From assembly GCA_942493275.1 (NCBI GenBank), contig OW818687.1:2369918-2433917 (forward strand): a stretch of DNA of 64,000 nt. The letters run 5' to 3'. This DNA comes from an uncultured Coriobacteriia bacterium. GTDB lineage: Bacteria; Actinomycetota; Coriobacteriia; Anaerosomatales; PHET01. A program made the translations under genes and the position numbers. Under the pieces are notes generated by a model that did not search any database, was not told the DNA's origin, and saw only the letters and a program-made list of their open reading frames with translations. Shown piece by piece: positions 45,282-52,951 of this stretch. How positions within the stretch are numbered: the first letter of the stretch is position 1; each line of letters starts with the position of its first letter.

Positions 45282-46775
45282 CTACTGCAGGTCGTTGGCT
45301 CCCGTGTCGACAGGAACCGCGATCGCAAGACGATCCACCGGCACGAGCTGGTACCCGTTGCTGGCGAAGAAGTCCTCCTGATCCATGAGTGAAGACTCTA
45401 GCAACCAGACGCGCTTCCGGGAGGATATTGCCGTGTCCAGATGCTCGAGACCCTCGGCCTTCTTGGATTCGCCGTTGAGGCCATCGAGATCGCATCGATC
45501 GAACAGCTCAGGGCCGTTCGATTCTCCCTTGAGGTAGTGATTCACGAGTACCACGGCGTAGTACTGACCTATCCCGACCTCGCCCGACTGGGCGGATCCC
45601 GCGCACTCCAGCACGGCCGCCTTGTAACTCTCGAGGTCGGCGCTCAGTTGACTAACCTCCCGATAGCTCGACACTCCGGTGAAGACCAGCGCTGCAGCCA
45701 GTACGACCACTGCCGATACTGCCACGGCACGCCTGGTCCGCCATGACGCGATAAGCCACGAGAATCCGACACCGCTGAGCACCGCCAGCATGGAGTAAAA
45801 CGGCATCTGCACCGGGACGTCGCTGTACCTCTCGCCAAGTAGGAACGTCGCGAGCCACAGGAGGAACAGTCCCGCCAAGAAGGGCCAGTACCTTCGCCTG
45901 AGGCCGAGGACGACCACACCCGTCAGCGCGAACGCGAGCGCAAACGAGAACCCGCCGATCTGCTCGGCCTCCTTCGCGAGTGCCGACAGCAGCGTCAGGT
46001 CGGGGGCGATCGCTCCGATATGGCCCGGGCCGTAGAAGTAACCTTCGGTGTGCGGGAGCACGGCGGCCGCCAGCACGGCTCCCGCAACCCCCACCCAGAG
46101 CAGGACGAAGCGTCGAGTAGGCCTCAGGAGCACGAGGAAGGGCACCGCCAAACCCGTGGATGGAGTCACCAGGCACGCAGACGCGAACGCGAGCCCTGCG
46201 AGAACCGGCCTGTCCATCAGAATCAGATAGACGGTCAACAGGAAGAAGCACAGCTGCATCACGTAGAGCTCGGCGTAGACGGCGTTCTCCAGAAACAGGT
46301 ACGTGGTCGCAAGGACCGCGGCGGATCCAATCCCGGCGCTTACCCGCCGCACAAGCAGTTGGGCAATGGCACACACAAGTCCAACGCACGCCGCTGCAAA
46401 CAGCGCACTCATGAGGTTGAGCGCGATGTCCATCGGCAGTGGCACCACGCGAGTGAATGCGATGCCGATGAGGTTGTAGCCCATGTGGTAAGGCTGCTCG
46501 AACGCTCTTCCGCCCGCGATTCGCTCAGCGTAGATGGGCGCATCGCCGAAGTTCAGCGCGTTTGGAACCAGCGACGCGAAGACCGCGAATGCGACCAGCG
46601 CGGACCCTAACGACGTGAGCGTGGCAGTACGGGTGGGCCGTGACGGAAGTGACCCCAGGAACGACTCTCTGGCACGCAGGAACTCATCCCAGAGGACTCG
46701 AGTACCTGAGCGTTTTGACGGTGCGTCTGAGCCAGAAGCAGGCATCCAACTCCCCCGAGATCGCAGCATGCTCAC
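45282..46775 (-). CDS. Polytopic membrane protein, probable GT-C-fold glycosyltransferase (DUF2723/PMT-like) with soluble C-terminal domain
   Basis: 497 aa with at least 10 predicted TM helices, a first-loop FGDAPIYAE motif reminiscent of the GT-C acidic loop, and a ~110-aa hydrophilic C-terminus. The function is inferred only from topology and the adjacent GT2 gene. GC is lower than in core genes. Confidence 0.45.
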   Translation of the reverse strand: MSMLRSRGSWMPASGSDAPSKRSGTRVLWDEFLRARESFLGSLPSRPTRTATLTSLGSALVAFAVFASLVPNALNFGDAPIYAERIAGGRAFEQPYHMGYNLIGIAFTRVVPLPMDIALNLMSALFAAACVGLVCAIAQLLVRRVSAGIGSAAVLATTYLFLENAVYAELYVMQLCFFLLTVYLILMDRPVLAGLAFASACLVTPSTGLAVPFLVLLRPTRRFVLLWVGVAGAVLAAAVLPHTEGYFYGPGHIGAIAPDLTLLSALAKEAEQIGGFSFALAFALTGVVVLGLRRRYWPFLAGLFLLWLATFLLGERYSDVPVQMPFYSMLAVLSGVGFSWLIASWRTRRAVAVSAVVVLAAALVFTGVSSYREVSQLSADLESYKAAVLECAGSAQSGEVGIGQYYAVVLVNHYLKGESNGPELFDRCDLDGLNGESKKAEGLEHLDTAISSRKRVWLLESSLMDQEDFFASNGYQLVPVDRLAIAVPVDTGANDLQ

Positions 46776-46890
46776 TCGGTCACATCAGTGCACCGAGGTC
46801 GTGCCGCTCCCCTCGCGGCGCTAAGCAATCGCAATGTTCACCCAGAGGCGCCGAGTTGTCCAGCGCGGGAGCCCCGGCAGGCTGCAAGCT

Positions 46891-47895
46891 TCACTCGAAG
46901 GCGCGCTGCACGATCAGGGACCTGACGTAGTCGGCGGTCTCTTGAGCACCGGGAGAGCCCATAACGCTCAGGAGCAGGGCCTGAAGAAGTAGCTGGAAGC
47001 CAAGGATCATCGGTACGACGGCAATCATTACCGTGCCTGCAGTCGCCGGTGTGCCCTCAGCGATGGATAGCCACCAGTGGTAGGCACCGAAAGCGACCCC
47101 TGACATCGTCAATAGCACGCCCAATATCGTCAACACGGCAATGGCCCCGAAGTCCGTCAGCAGGTGCTTGCGCCAGAATCGTCTGATTCCGTTGCCTAGA
47201 AGCCGAGGAGGAAAACTCACCGCAACTGAGCCGACACTCACGTAGGACGTCTCACTCCCGTAGCGTGTTGAAACCGGTACATCAACAACACGAGCATTGA
47301 CCGCGTTCAGACGGATCAACATGTCATTCTCGAAGAAGTAGTCCGTCGCAAGTTGGTCCAGATCGAAGAGCCGCAGAAACGGAGCGCGAATGGCCGTGTA
47401 GCCGCACTGCGAATCGAAGACATGCCAATATCCGCTTGCCGACTTCGTCAGCACTGAGAGCAAAGAGTTGCCGAAGCCGCGAACGCGTGGCATGCCCAGC
47501 GTGGCGTTGCGAAAGTAGAATCGATTGCCTTTGGTGTAGTCCGCAATTCCCAACTCAATCGGGGCAACAATCCTCGATAGCTCGTCAGGCGACATCTGGC
47601 CATCGGCGTCCATCTTCACGACACAATCGGCACCCAAATCCAGTGCCATGCGATACCCGCTGACCATGGCCCCGCCGACGCCCCGATTGTGCGGGTGTGT
47701 CACCAGCGCGACACGCTTATCGTCAAGCGATTCGACAACTGAAGCGGTGTCGTCAGTGCTCGCGTCGTTCACGACAATCACATGATCAACCCAGGCAGGT
47801 ATCGCGGCAATAACGCGGCCTATATGCGCGCCTTCATTGAACGCGGGCAGAACGACAGCCGTGGTCAGACTCACTGGCGCCGACGGAGTGTGCAC
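46891..47895 (-). CDS. GT2-family polyprenyl-phosphate glycosyltransferase (GtrB/ArnC/Dpm1-like) with two C-terminal TM helices
   Basis: 334 aa, with VVLPAFNEGAHIG, VVNDASTDDT, NRGVGGA and KMDADGQ (DxD-type) motifs. GTG start with GAGGAG 6 nt upstream. Noticeably AT-richer. Confidence 0.85.
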   Translation of the reverse strand: MHTPSAPVSLTTAVVLPAFNEGAHIGRVIAAIPAWVDHVIVVNDASTDDTASVVESLDDKRVALVTHPHNRGVGGAMVSGYRMALDLGADCVVKMDADGQMSPDELSRIVAPIELGIADYTKGNRFYFRNATLGMPRVRGFGNSLLSVLTKSASGYWHVFDSQCGYTAIRAPFLRLFDLDQLATDYFFENDMLIRLNAVNARVVDVPVSTRYGSETSYVSVGSVAVSFPPRLLGNGIRRFWRKHLLTDFGAIAVLTILGVLLTMSGVAFGAYHWWLSIAEGTPATAGTVMIAVVPMILGFQLLLQALLLSVMGSPGAQETADYVRSLIVQRAFE

Positions 47896-47955
47896 GCCGT
47901 ACTCCTCATGCTCAACGAAAAGATCAGGCCGAGATGGATGGTATCAGAGGGGTCT

Positions 47956-48033
47956 ACCACCCAAAACGCCCCTTCGAGTATCTCCGGAGAGATCCCAAAG
48001 GGGCGTTGATGGTTGATGGTGGGCGATAGTGGA
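47956..48033. repeat. Direct repeat copy A: duplicated tRNA-Val 3' end (17 nt, 1 mismatch) plus duplicated tRNA terminator hairpin (distal att-like junction)
   Basis: Copy A is accacCCaaaacgccccttcgagtatctccggagagaTcccaaaggggcgtt...gatggtgggcgataGtgga. Copy B (50632-50711) is accacTGaaaacgccccttcgagtatctccggagagaCcccaaaggggcgtt...gatggtgggcgataCtgga. Confidence 0.8.
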
Positions 48034-48161
48034 CGGTCTTGTTACCCGTTTCTGGAGAGACGCGGGCTAACGTGTGTGTTGCAGGCGTCTGTGCCCCTAG
48101 CGGGTCGATTCAACCCCTTGGCGCTCTGTTCGATGCCTCTGCTGGATGGCTGTGCGCTTGC

Positions 48162-49397
48162 TCAGCCTGCGAGAAATACCGACGGATTGGCAATTCGGAT
48201 GTAGCTCGACATCCGCGGGTCAGAGAACTGATAGACCCCTTTGGAGCAGCGGTGAAGAATCGCTGAGTAGTCATCTGCGACCAGCTTCTGAAGGTAGTTG
48301 TTGAGCGAGCCTTGCGTAATTGGCGCGCCAGTCAGCTTCTCCACACCGGCACGCAACTCCTCCGCGCGAAACTCGGTCTTGTCCAACATGGCCGCGGCCT
48401 CCAATACGTGACGGTACATGTCCGTCCCATAGGAGCGAACCGCGTGTGCGTATTGCCGGAGCAGAGTGCCCTCCGCATCCTCGACAGCCAGGTTCATCGC
48501 CGACTCGAGGCACTTACGATCCACGATGGTCAGGTCGTTTGCTACGGCCTCCTCCGCGCACTTAAGTGCGAGCAGATGGGTGAAGTGTGGGTAGCCGGAG
48601 CTCAGTTTGACAATCTCTTTGGTGACTGTGGCATCGAAATCAAGTCCGACTTTCTCAGCCCCCTCCACGACGATCAGTTCTAGCTCATCCGCATTCATGC
48701 GGGGCAGACGCGTCTCCTTCAGACAGCGTTGGACGGACTCGTGGCCGCCGGTGAGCTCCTCTGCCGTCTGCGCGATGCCCACAACGAGGACCTTGAAGTT
48801 CGAACCGTTGTCGCTAAGAAGCTTGATCAGTTCCGCCAAGTTGCCCTTGTCCCCAGCCGTGGCAATCCGATCCGCTTCGTCGATGTACAGCAAGCCCTCG
48901 CGGTCTTTCAAAGCATCGGCCACGACTGACGGGGAAAATTGCTGCACGGAGTAGGTCTTCTCTGTCGCCCGCTCGCTGCCAATCTCTGCAGCGGCCACGG
49001 GGATCATGAGTCCGCCCTTACCGTGCTCTTTGTGCACCGTCTTCTTCGAAGTGAGGTCGACTTCAATCCCGAAATCGGCGAGCACCGGCGCGAGTACGGT
49101 CTCAAAAGTGTCGCTGGAGTCGCACCGCTTGGTGTACAGCTTGCCACTAATGACCTGCTTGATAAGAAGTTCGGTTGCGACATTTGCCAATGAGCTCTTC
49201 CCCACGCCGCGTTCTCCGTACAGGAGGGCATGCTGACCAGGCGTGTTGATCTGCTCAAGTATCTTGCCGACCTCCTTCTGGCGACCGAAGAAGAGTTCGA
49301 CCGCCTGTACCGGTCTATGGGGCGTGAAGACCTCTCGGACGCCGGACTTTCGGATCTTGGTCTCGCGCGCAATTCCAAACAGGTCAGGCTTGCCCAC
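48162..49397 (-). CDS. AAA+ ATPase (ORC/Cdc6-like or archaeal-ATPase-like) with C-terminal winged-helix-like domain
   Basis: 411 aa. FFGRQKEVGKILEQI...ALLYGERGVGKSSLAN (Walker A), LLYIDEADR (Walker B), and a C-terminal ...LQKLVADDYSAILHRCSKGVYQFSDPRMSSYIRI. GTG start preceded by GGAGGAG. Confidence 0.7.
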   Translation of the reverse strand: MGKPDLFGIARETKIRKSGVREVFTPHRPVQAVELFFGRQKEVGKILEQINTPGQHALLYGERGVGKSSLANVATELLIKQVISGKLYTKRCDSSDTFETVLAPVLADFGIEVDLTSKKTVHKEHGKGGLMIPVAAAEIGSERATEKTYSVQQFSPSVVADALKDREGLLYIDEADRIATAGDKGNLAELIKLLSDNGSNFKVLVVGIAQTAEELTGGHESVQRCLKETRLPRMNADELELIVVEGAEKVGLDFDATVTKEIVKLSSGYPHFTHLLALKCAEEAVANDLTIVDRKCLESAMNLAVEDAEGTLLRQYAHAVRSYGTDMYRHVLEAAAMLDKTEFRAEELRAGVEKLTGAPITQGSLNNYLQKLVADDYSAILHRCSKGVYQFSDPRMSSYIRIANPSVFLAG

Positions 49398-49500
49398 ATC
49401 TCCTCCTATGTCCGTCTAAAGTCGGCGCGCTTAGCTGCGCGAAGTGCCTGACGCTCCTGCACGTCAGGTTTAAGCGCTTGCCAGGCATCGCCTTTGAGTC

Positions 49501-49920
49501 CTAGCCGGCAATATCAAGCGAATCCGGCTGAGATTCATCCAAGTCCATACCGTCATCCGCAGGCATTCGCGCCTTGATTCGCGCGACCACCGACCGAGTC
49601 GATTCCCACGACTTCCACCAGAGCACGAGTAGCACCACGCCCGCGACAGAGGAGACGAGTGTGGCCAGCACGAAGACGTCGAACGTCCGGTTGTCGGAAA
49701 TCGTTGTCGTCTTCAACGCAATCAGAAGAGCAAGCGCCATCGAGAGGAAGAAGATGGCGAAGTTCAAGAAGAGGCTGCCGTTGCCGCCTGTGGTTAGGTC
49801 GTTCAGCTCAGACTCAGTGACTTCGTACAGAGACAGCGAATCAACACGCGCGCGACGCACGCGAACCTCACCCACACCACTGTCATTCGGATTCGTCATC
49901 AGAGATTCTTCTTCAGCCAC
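49501..49920 (-). CDS. Small membrane protein with two TM helices (hypothetical)
   Basis: 139 aa. A ~45-aa N-terminal soluble part, two hydrophobic helices (LFLNFAIFFLSMALALLIAL; VFVLATLVSSVAGVVLLVLWW) and an acidic C-terminal tail. Its start overlaps the upstream 88-aa gene by 22 nt. Confidence 0.6.
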   Translation of the reverse strand: MAEEESLMTNPNDSGVGEVRVRRARVDSLSLYEVTESELNDLTTGGNGSLFLNFAIFFLSMALALLIALKTTTISDNRTFDVFVLATLVSSVAGVVLLVLWWKSWESTRSVVARIKARMPADDGMDLDESQPDSLDIAG

Positions 49921-50165
49921 TCATTCGAACACATGACATTTCGCCACGCTGCAGCGGTACCGGACTTGACCACGAAGAGGCGGCTCCCTTCAGGGAGGAA
50001 CCGCTCGAGGTTGTCGCGTATCGACTTCTGGCCGTCTGCGGACACGATCGCCCACGTGGATTCGGTGACATGCGCCCAAGTGCCATAGGCTTTGATGGCC
50101 GTGAACAGGTCCTCGTAGTCTCCGCCGTCTGCCATGTCGTACGAAATGATGTAGCAGTCCTTCAT
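49899..50165 (-). CDS. Small soluble protein, predicted beta-alpha-beta-beta-alpha-beta (ferredoxin-like, Cas2/VapD-reminiscent) fold; hypothetical
   Basis: 88 aa: MKDCYIISYDMADGGDYEDLFTAIKAYGTWAHVTESTWAIVSADGQKSIRDNLERFLPEGSRLFVVKSG. The alternation of hydrophobic strands and amphipathic helices is read by eye. ATG preceded by GAGAGGAG; a TAATAT box and a GAGACaGTCTC palindrome lie upstream. Confidence 0.55.
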   Translation of the reverse strand: MKDCYIISYDMADGGDYEDLFTAIKAYGTWAHVTESTWAIVSADGQKSIRDNLERFLPEGSRLFVVKSGTAAAWRNVMCSNEWLKKNL

Positions 50166-50631
50166 TGGCGCTCGGAGCTCCTCTCGTGAGACTGTCTCAA
50201 TATTAGCGCAGGAACCCGAAGCCGACTCCCATGCGTATGCCCAACGTCTCTGCGCGGAGCCTGCGGCGTAGACGCCCGTCAGGAGGATTCTACCTTCTGG
50301 CCGTCAGGTTGACGCCAGTACCAGGCCTCGCGCGGCAGTTCCAGTGTCGATCCGTCCGGTCGATTGCTCGTTAACCGCAGACCGCCGTACACGGCCACGG
50401 CAAACAACCAGTGGCACGCGACCGTGAACTCCGATGCCGCGACCCACAGATCGTACTGCTCCAGTGAGCAGGAAACGCAGCGAGCTCGACCCGGTACAGC
50501 AGGTCAGAGATGCAGCGCTCACCTCGTCCCGCGCCCGGATCGCGTTCCAAGAAGCCGCCGATCACGACAAGCGAGAGGTCGTCCAGACCGTACTTTGGAA
50601 CCGGGGTGTGAAGGACGGCGACCTAAGCCCC

Positions 50632-50711
50632 CACCACTGAAAACGCCCCTTCGAGTATCTCCGGAGAGACCCCAAAGGGGCGTTCTGTTACAGATGGTGG
50701 GCGATACTGGA
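50632..50711. repeat. Direct repeat copy B: genuine tRNA-Val 3' end plus its terminator (proximal att-like junction)
   Basis: See copy A. It overlaps tRNA positions 59-75 (50695-50711) and the hairpin at 50641-50683. Confidence 0.8.
50637..50683 (-). terminator. Rho-independent terminator of tRNA-Val
   Basis: The reverse strand reads AACGCCCCTTtggggtctctccggagatactcgAAGGGGCGTTTTC: a 10-bp stem, an inner TCTCCGGAGA palindrome, and a trailing T-run. Confidence 0.75.
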
Positions 50712-50769
50712 TTTGAACCAGTGACTTCCACCGTGTGAAGGTGGCACTCTCCCGCTGAGTTAATCGCCC
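50695..50769 (-). tRNA. tRNA-Val (anticodon CAC), CCA encoded
   Basis: Hand-folded 75-nt cloverleaf. Acceptor GGGCGAT/ATCGCCC, D stem ACTC/GAGT, anticodon stem CCACC/GGTGG with loop TTCACAC, T stem ACTGG/CCAGT with loop TTCAAAT, discriminator A, 3' CCA. Confidence 0.95.
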
Positions 50770-50799
50770 GTACGCCGCCATGAGCGGCAAGTGGATAGT

Positions 50800-51777
50800 T
50801 TAGTGGTACCCGTCCGGGTGGGCAAGGTGCCATCGCCACGCATCTGCGACTATCTCGGCCAGCTCCCCATGTTCCGGGCTCCATCCGAGGACCTCTCCCG
50901 CTCGTACCGCCGATGCGACGAGTCTCGCGGGATCACCGGCACGGCGAGGCCCGATGTCGATCGCGACCTGTCGGCTGGTAACCTCGGCGCACGCCTGCAC
51001 GACCTCTCGATTGCTGAAGCCCTGCCCGTTCCCGAGGTTGAACACCCCGCCCTCGAATCCGTCGTTCAGACGCTCGAGCGCGATTCGGTGTGCTCGCGCG
51101 AGGTCCACCACGTGCACGTAGTCGCGCAAGCACGTGCCGTCCGGCGTCGCGTAGTCGCCCCCAAAGACCTCGAACGACGACTCGCCGTCACGCATCCGCT
51201 GCAGCACCCTCGGAATCAGATGAGTCTCGGGATCGTGCGCCTCACCGAGAGACCCGTCGGGCCACGCGCCAGCGACGTTGAAGTAGCGGAATCGGACGGA
51301 TCTCACGCCGCGCTCACGAAACTCGTCCAGCCGGCGCTCGAAGGCGAGCTTGCTCTCCCCGTAGGCGTTCACCGGCCGAGTGGGAGCCTCCTCGGTGATG
51401 GGCACCGACTCAGGCTCGCCGTAGACCGCTGCGGTAGACGAGAACACGATCGCCGTCACCCCGTGCTCGATCATCGCCTCCAGCAGGACGACGGGTTCCT
51501 CGGCGTTGTTTCGGATGTACTTCTGGGGGTCGGCCTGTGATTCGGCGACCTCGATGTAGCCGGCGAGATGCATGACAGCGTCACACCCCGGCAGGCACTC
51601 TTCGAGAACGCTTCTGTCCCCCACCGAGCCGACGACCAGGTCAGCGCGAGGGTCCACGGCAGCCTCCCAGCCGCGTTCCAGAGTGTCGAGGACGACGCAC
51701 TGGTGCCCCGCATCGAGCAGCGATCGGGTTGTGATCGAACCGATGTAGCCGGCCCCGCCGGTGACGAGAATCCTCAT
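50800..51777 (-). CDS. galE: UDP-glucose 4-epimerase
   Basis: 325 aa from ATG 51777 (MRILVTGGAGYIGS). Extended SDR with the YGESK catalytic motif. The track start 52044 overlaps the upstream gene. Confidence 0.9.
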   Translation of the reverse strand: MRILVTGGAGYIGSITTRSLLDAGHQCVVLDTLERGWEAAVDPRADLVVGSVGDRSVLEECLPGCDAVMHLAGYIEVAESQADPQKYIRNNAEEPVVLLEAMIEHGVTAIVFSSTAAVYGEPESVPITEEAPTRPVNAYGESKLAFERRLDEFRERGVRSVRFRYFNVAGAWPDGSLGEAHDPETHLIPRVLQRMRDGESSFEVFGGDYATPDGTCLRDYVHVVDLARAHRIALERLNDGFEGGVFNLGNGQGFSNREVVQACAEVTSRQVAIDIGPRRAGDPARLVASAVRAGEVLGWSPEHGELAEIVADAWRWHLAHPDGYH

Positions 51778-51815
51778 GTGACCTCCCGCATACAGACTAC
51801 CTGAAGGCCCGGTGA

Positions 51816-52904
51816 TCAGCGGAGAGGCACGATGCCGCGTCGAAGCGCTCGGCAGACCCTGGACGACACCGCTGAGTCCCATCGGCGCGGCGAGAGCCAC
51901 GTGCCGTGTTCGCCTAGCGCCGAGGCTATCGCGTCGCGGATGGGAGCTGGAGACGCGGCGACCATCCGATTCGCGCCGGCCTCCGTCGTCGCGGTGTGCT
52001 CGGTGCACTCTCGCACCGTCAGACACGGCGTCCCAATGACGCACGCCTCCTCCTGAAGCCCGCCGGAGTCAGTGACGACGACGGCGGCGTCACGGACCAG
52101 AGCGAGCATGTCTCGGTAGGGAACCGCCTCGACCACGTCGACCCCGGGTCCAACCGAGATGCCGTGGGCCTCGACCGCTCGAGTCAAACCCTGTGTGTCG
52201 GGGACCAACGACGGCAACTCAGTCATGGCCAGCCCATCCAGGATGCCCTTGAGCCTCTCGGCGCTGGACAGGTTCTCGGGCCGGTGAAAGGACGCGAGGA
52301 TGTACCGGCGTGGCGTGAGCCCTCTCGCAGAGACGGCTTCGTGACCGATGGAATCGATGCTGCGCAAGACGGACTCGGCCAGCATGTTTCCCACGAAGTG
52401 GATTCGTTCGGGATCTATGCCCTCATCCTGAAGGTTCTCTAGCGCGATCTCGGTCGGAGACAGGTGCATCGACGCAACACGCGAGATGAGCACCCGGTTC
52501 ACTTCTTCGGGAATCCCCAGGTCTCCGCAGCGCAGACCCGCCTCGAGATGCACGACCGGGATGCCTGACTTGACCGCCGAGATGGCCGCCGCAAGTGAGG
52601 TGGTGACGTCACCGACGACCATGATGGCGTCAGGCTTCTCGGTGGCAAAGAGCTGCTCGAACGCGACCATGGCCTTGCCCGCGAGCGAGGCGTCTGTGCC
52701 GCTGCCGACGTCAAGGCACCATCGGGGTTCCGGCAGTTCGACCCCGTAGAAGGAGACGGCACCCTTTCGATCCTCGGGATGGTATGCCTCTCGGGATCCC
52801 GAGAACACGATTTCGGCCTGAACACCCGATGCGACGAGAACCGGAATGAGCGGCCCAACCTTGACCACGTTCGGCCTGGCTCCGACCACCACCATCAGTC
52901 GCAC
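51816..52904 (-). CDS. wecB: UDP-N-acetylglucosamine 2-epimerase (non-hydrolysing), paralog 1
   Basis: 362 aa, with VGARPNVVKVGPL, VVGDVTTSLAAA, HLEAGLR and FHRPEN motifs. Confidence 0.88.
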   Translation of the reverse strand: MRLMVVVGARPNVVKVGPLIPVLVASGVQAEIVFSGSREAYHPEDRKGAVSFYGVELPEPRWCLDVGSGTDASLAGKAMVAFEQLFATEKPDAIMVVGDVTTSLAAAISAVKSGIPVVHLEAGLRCGDLGIPEEVNRVLISRVASMHLSPTEIALENLQDEGIDPERIHFVGNMLAESVLRSIDSIGHEAVSARGLTPRRYILASFHRPENLSSAERLKGILDGLAMTELPSLVPDTQGLTRAVEAHGISVGPGVDVVEAVPYRDMLALVRDAAVVVTDSGGLQEEACVIGTPCLTVRECTEHTATTEAGANRMVAASPAPIRDAIASALGEHGTWLSPRRWDSAVSSRVCRALRRGIVPLR

Positions 52905-52951
52905 CGAATACCTCCTCGCGCAGTTGCGTCACAAGGGTTGTACCCGAGTGT

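Larger units (their letters stand above)
48034..50631. mobile_element. Putative integrated island (or island remnant) at tRNA-Val, 2.6 kb, no recombinase
   Basis: Bounded by the ~80-bp direct repeats that contain the tRNA 3' end. GC is lower than in the flanks. Carries three co-oriented genes unrelated to their neighbours. No integrase, excisionase or transposase ORF was detected. Confidence 0.5.

Noticed and set aside
50166-50631. Integrase or recombinase pseudogene next to tRNA-Val
   Set aside because: I translated all frames by eye and found no tyrosine-recombinase (R..HxxR..Y) or serine-recombinase motif. I cannot claim a pseudogene without a database comparison.
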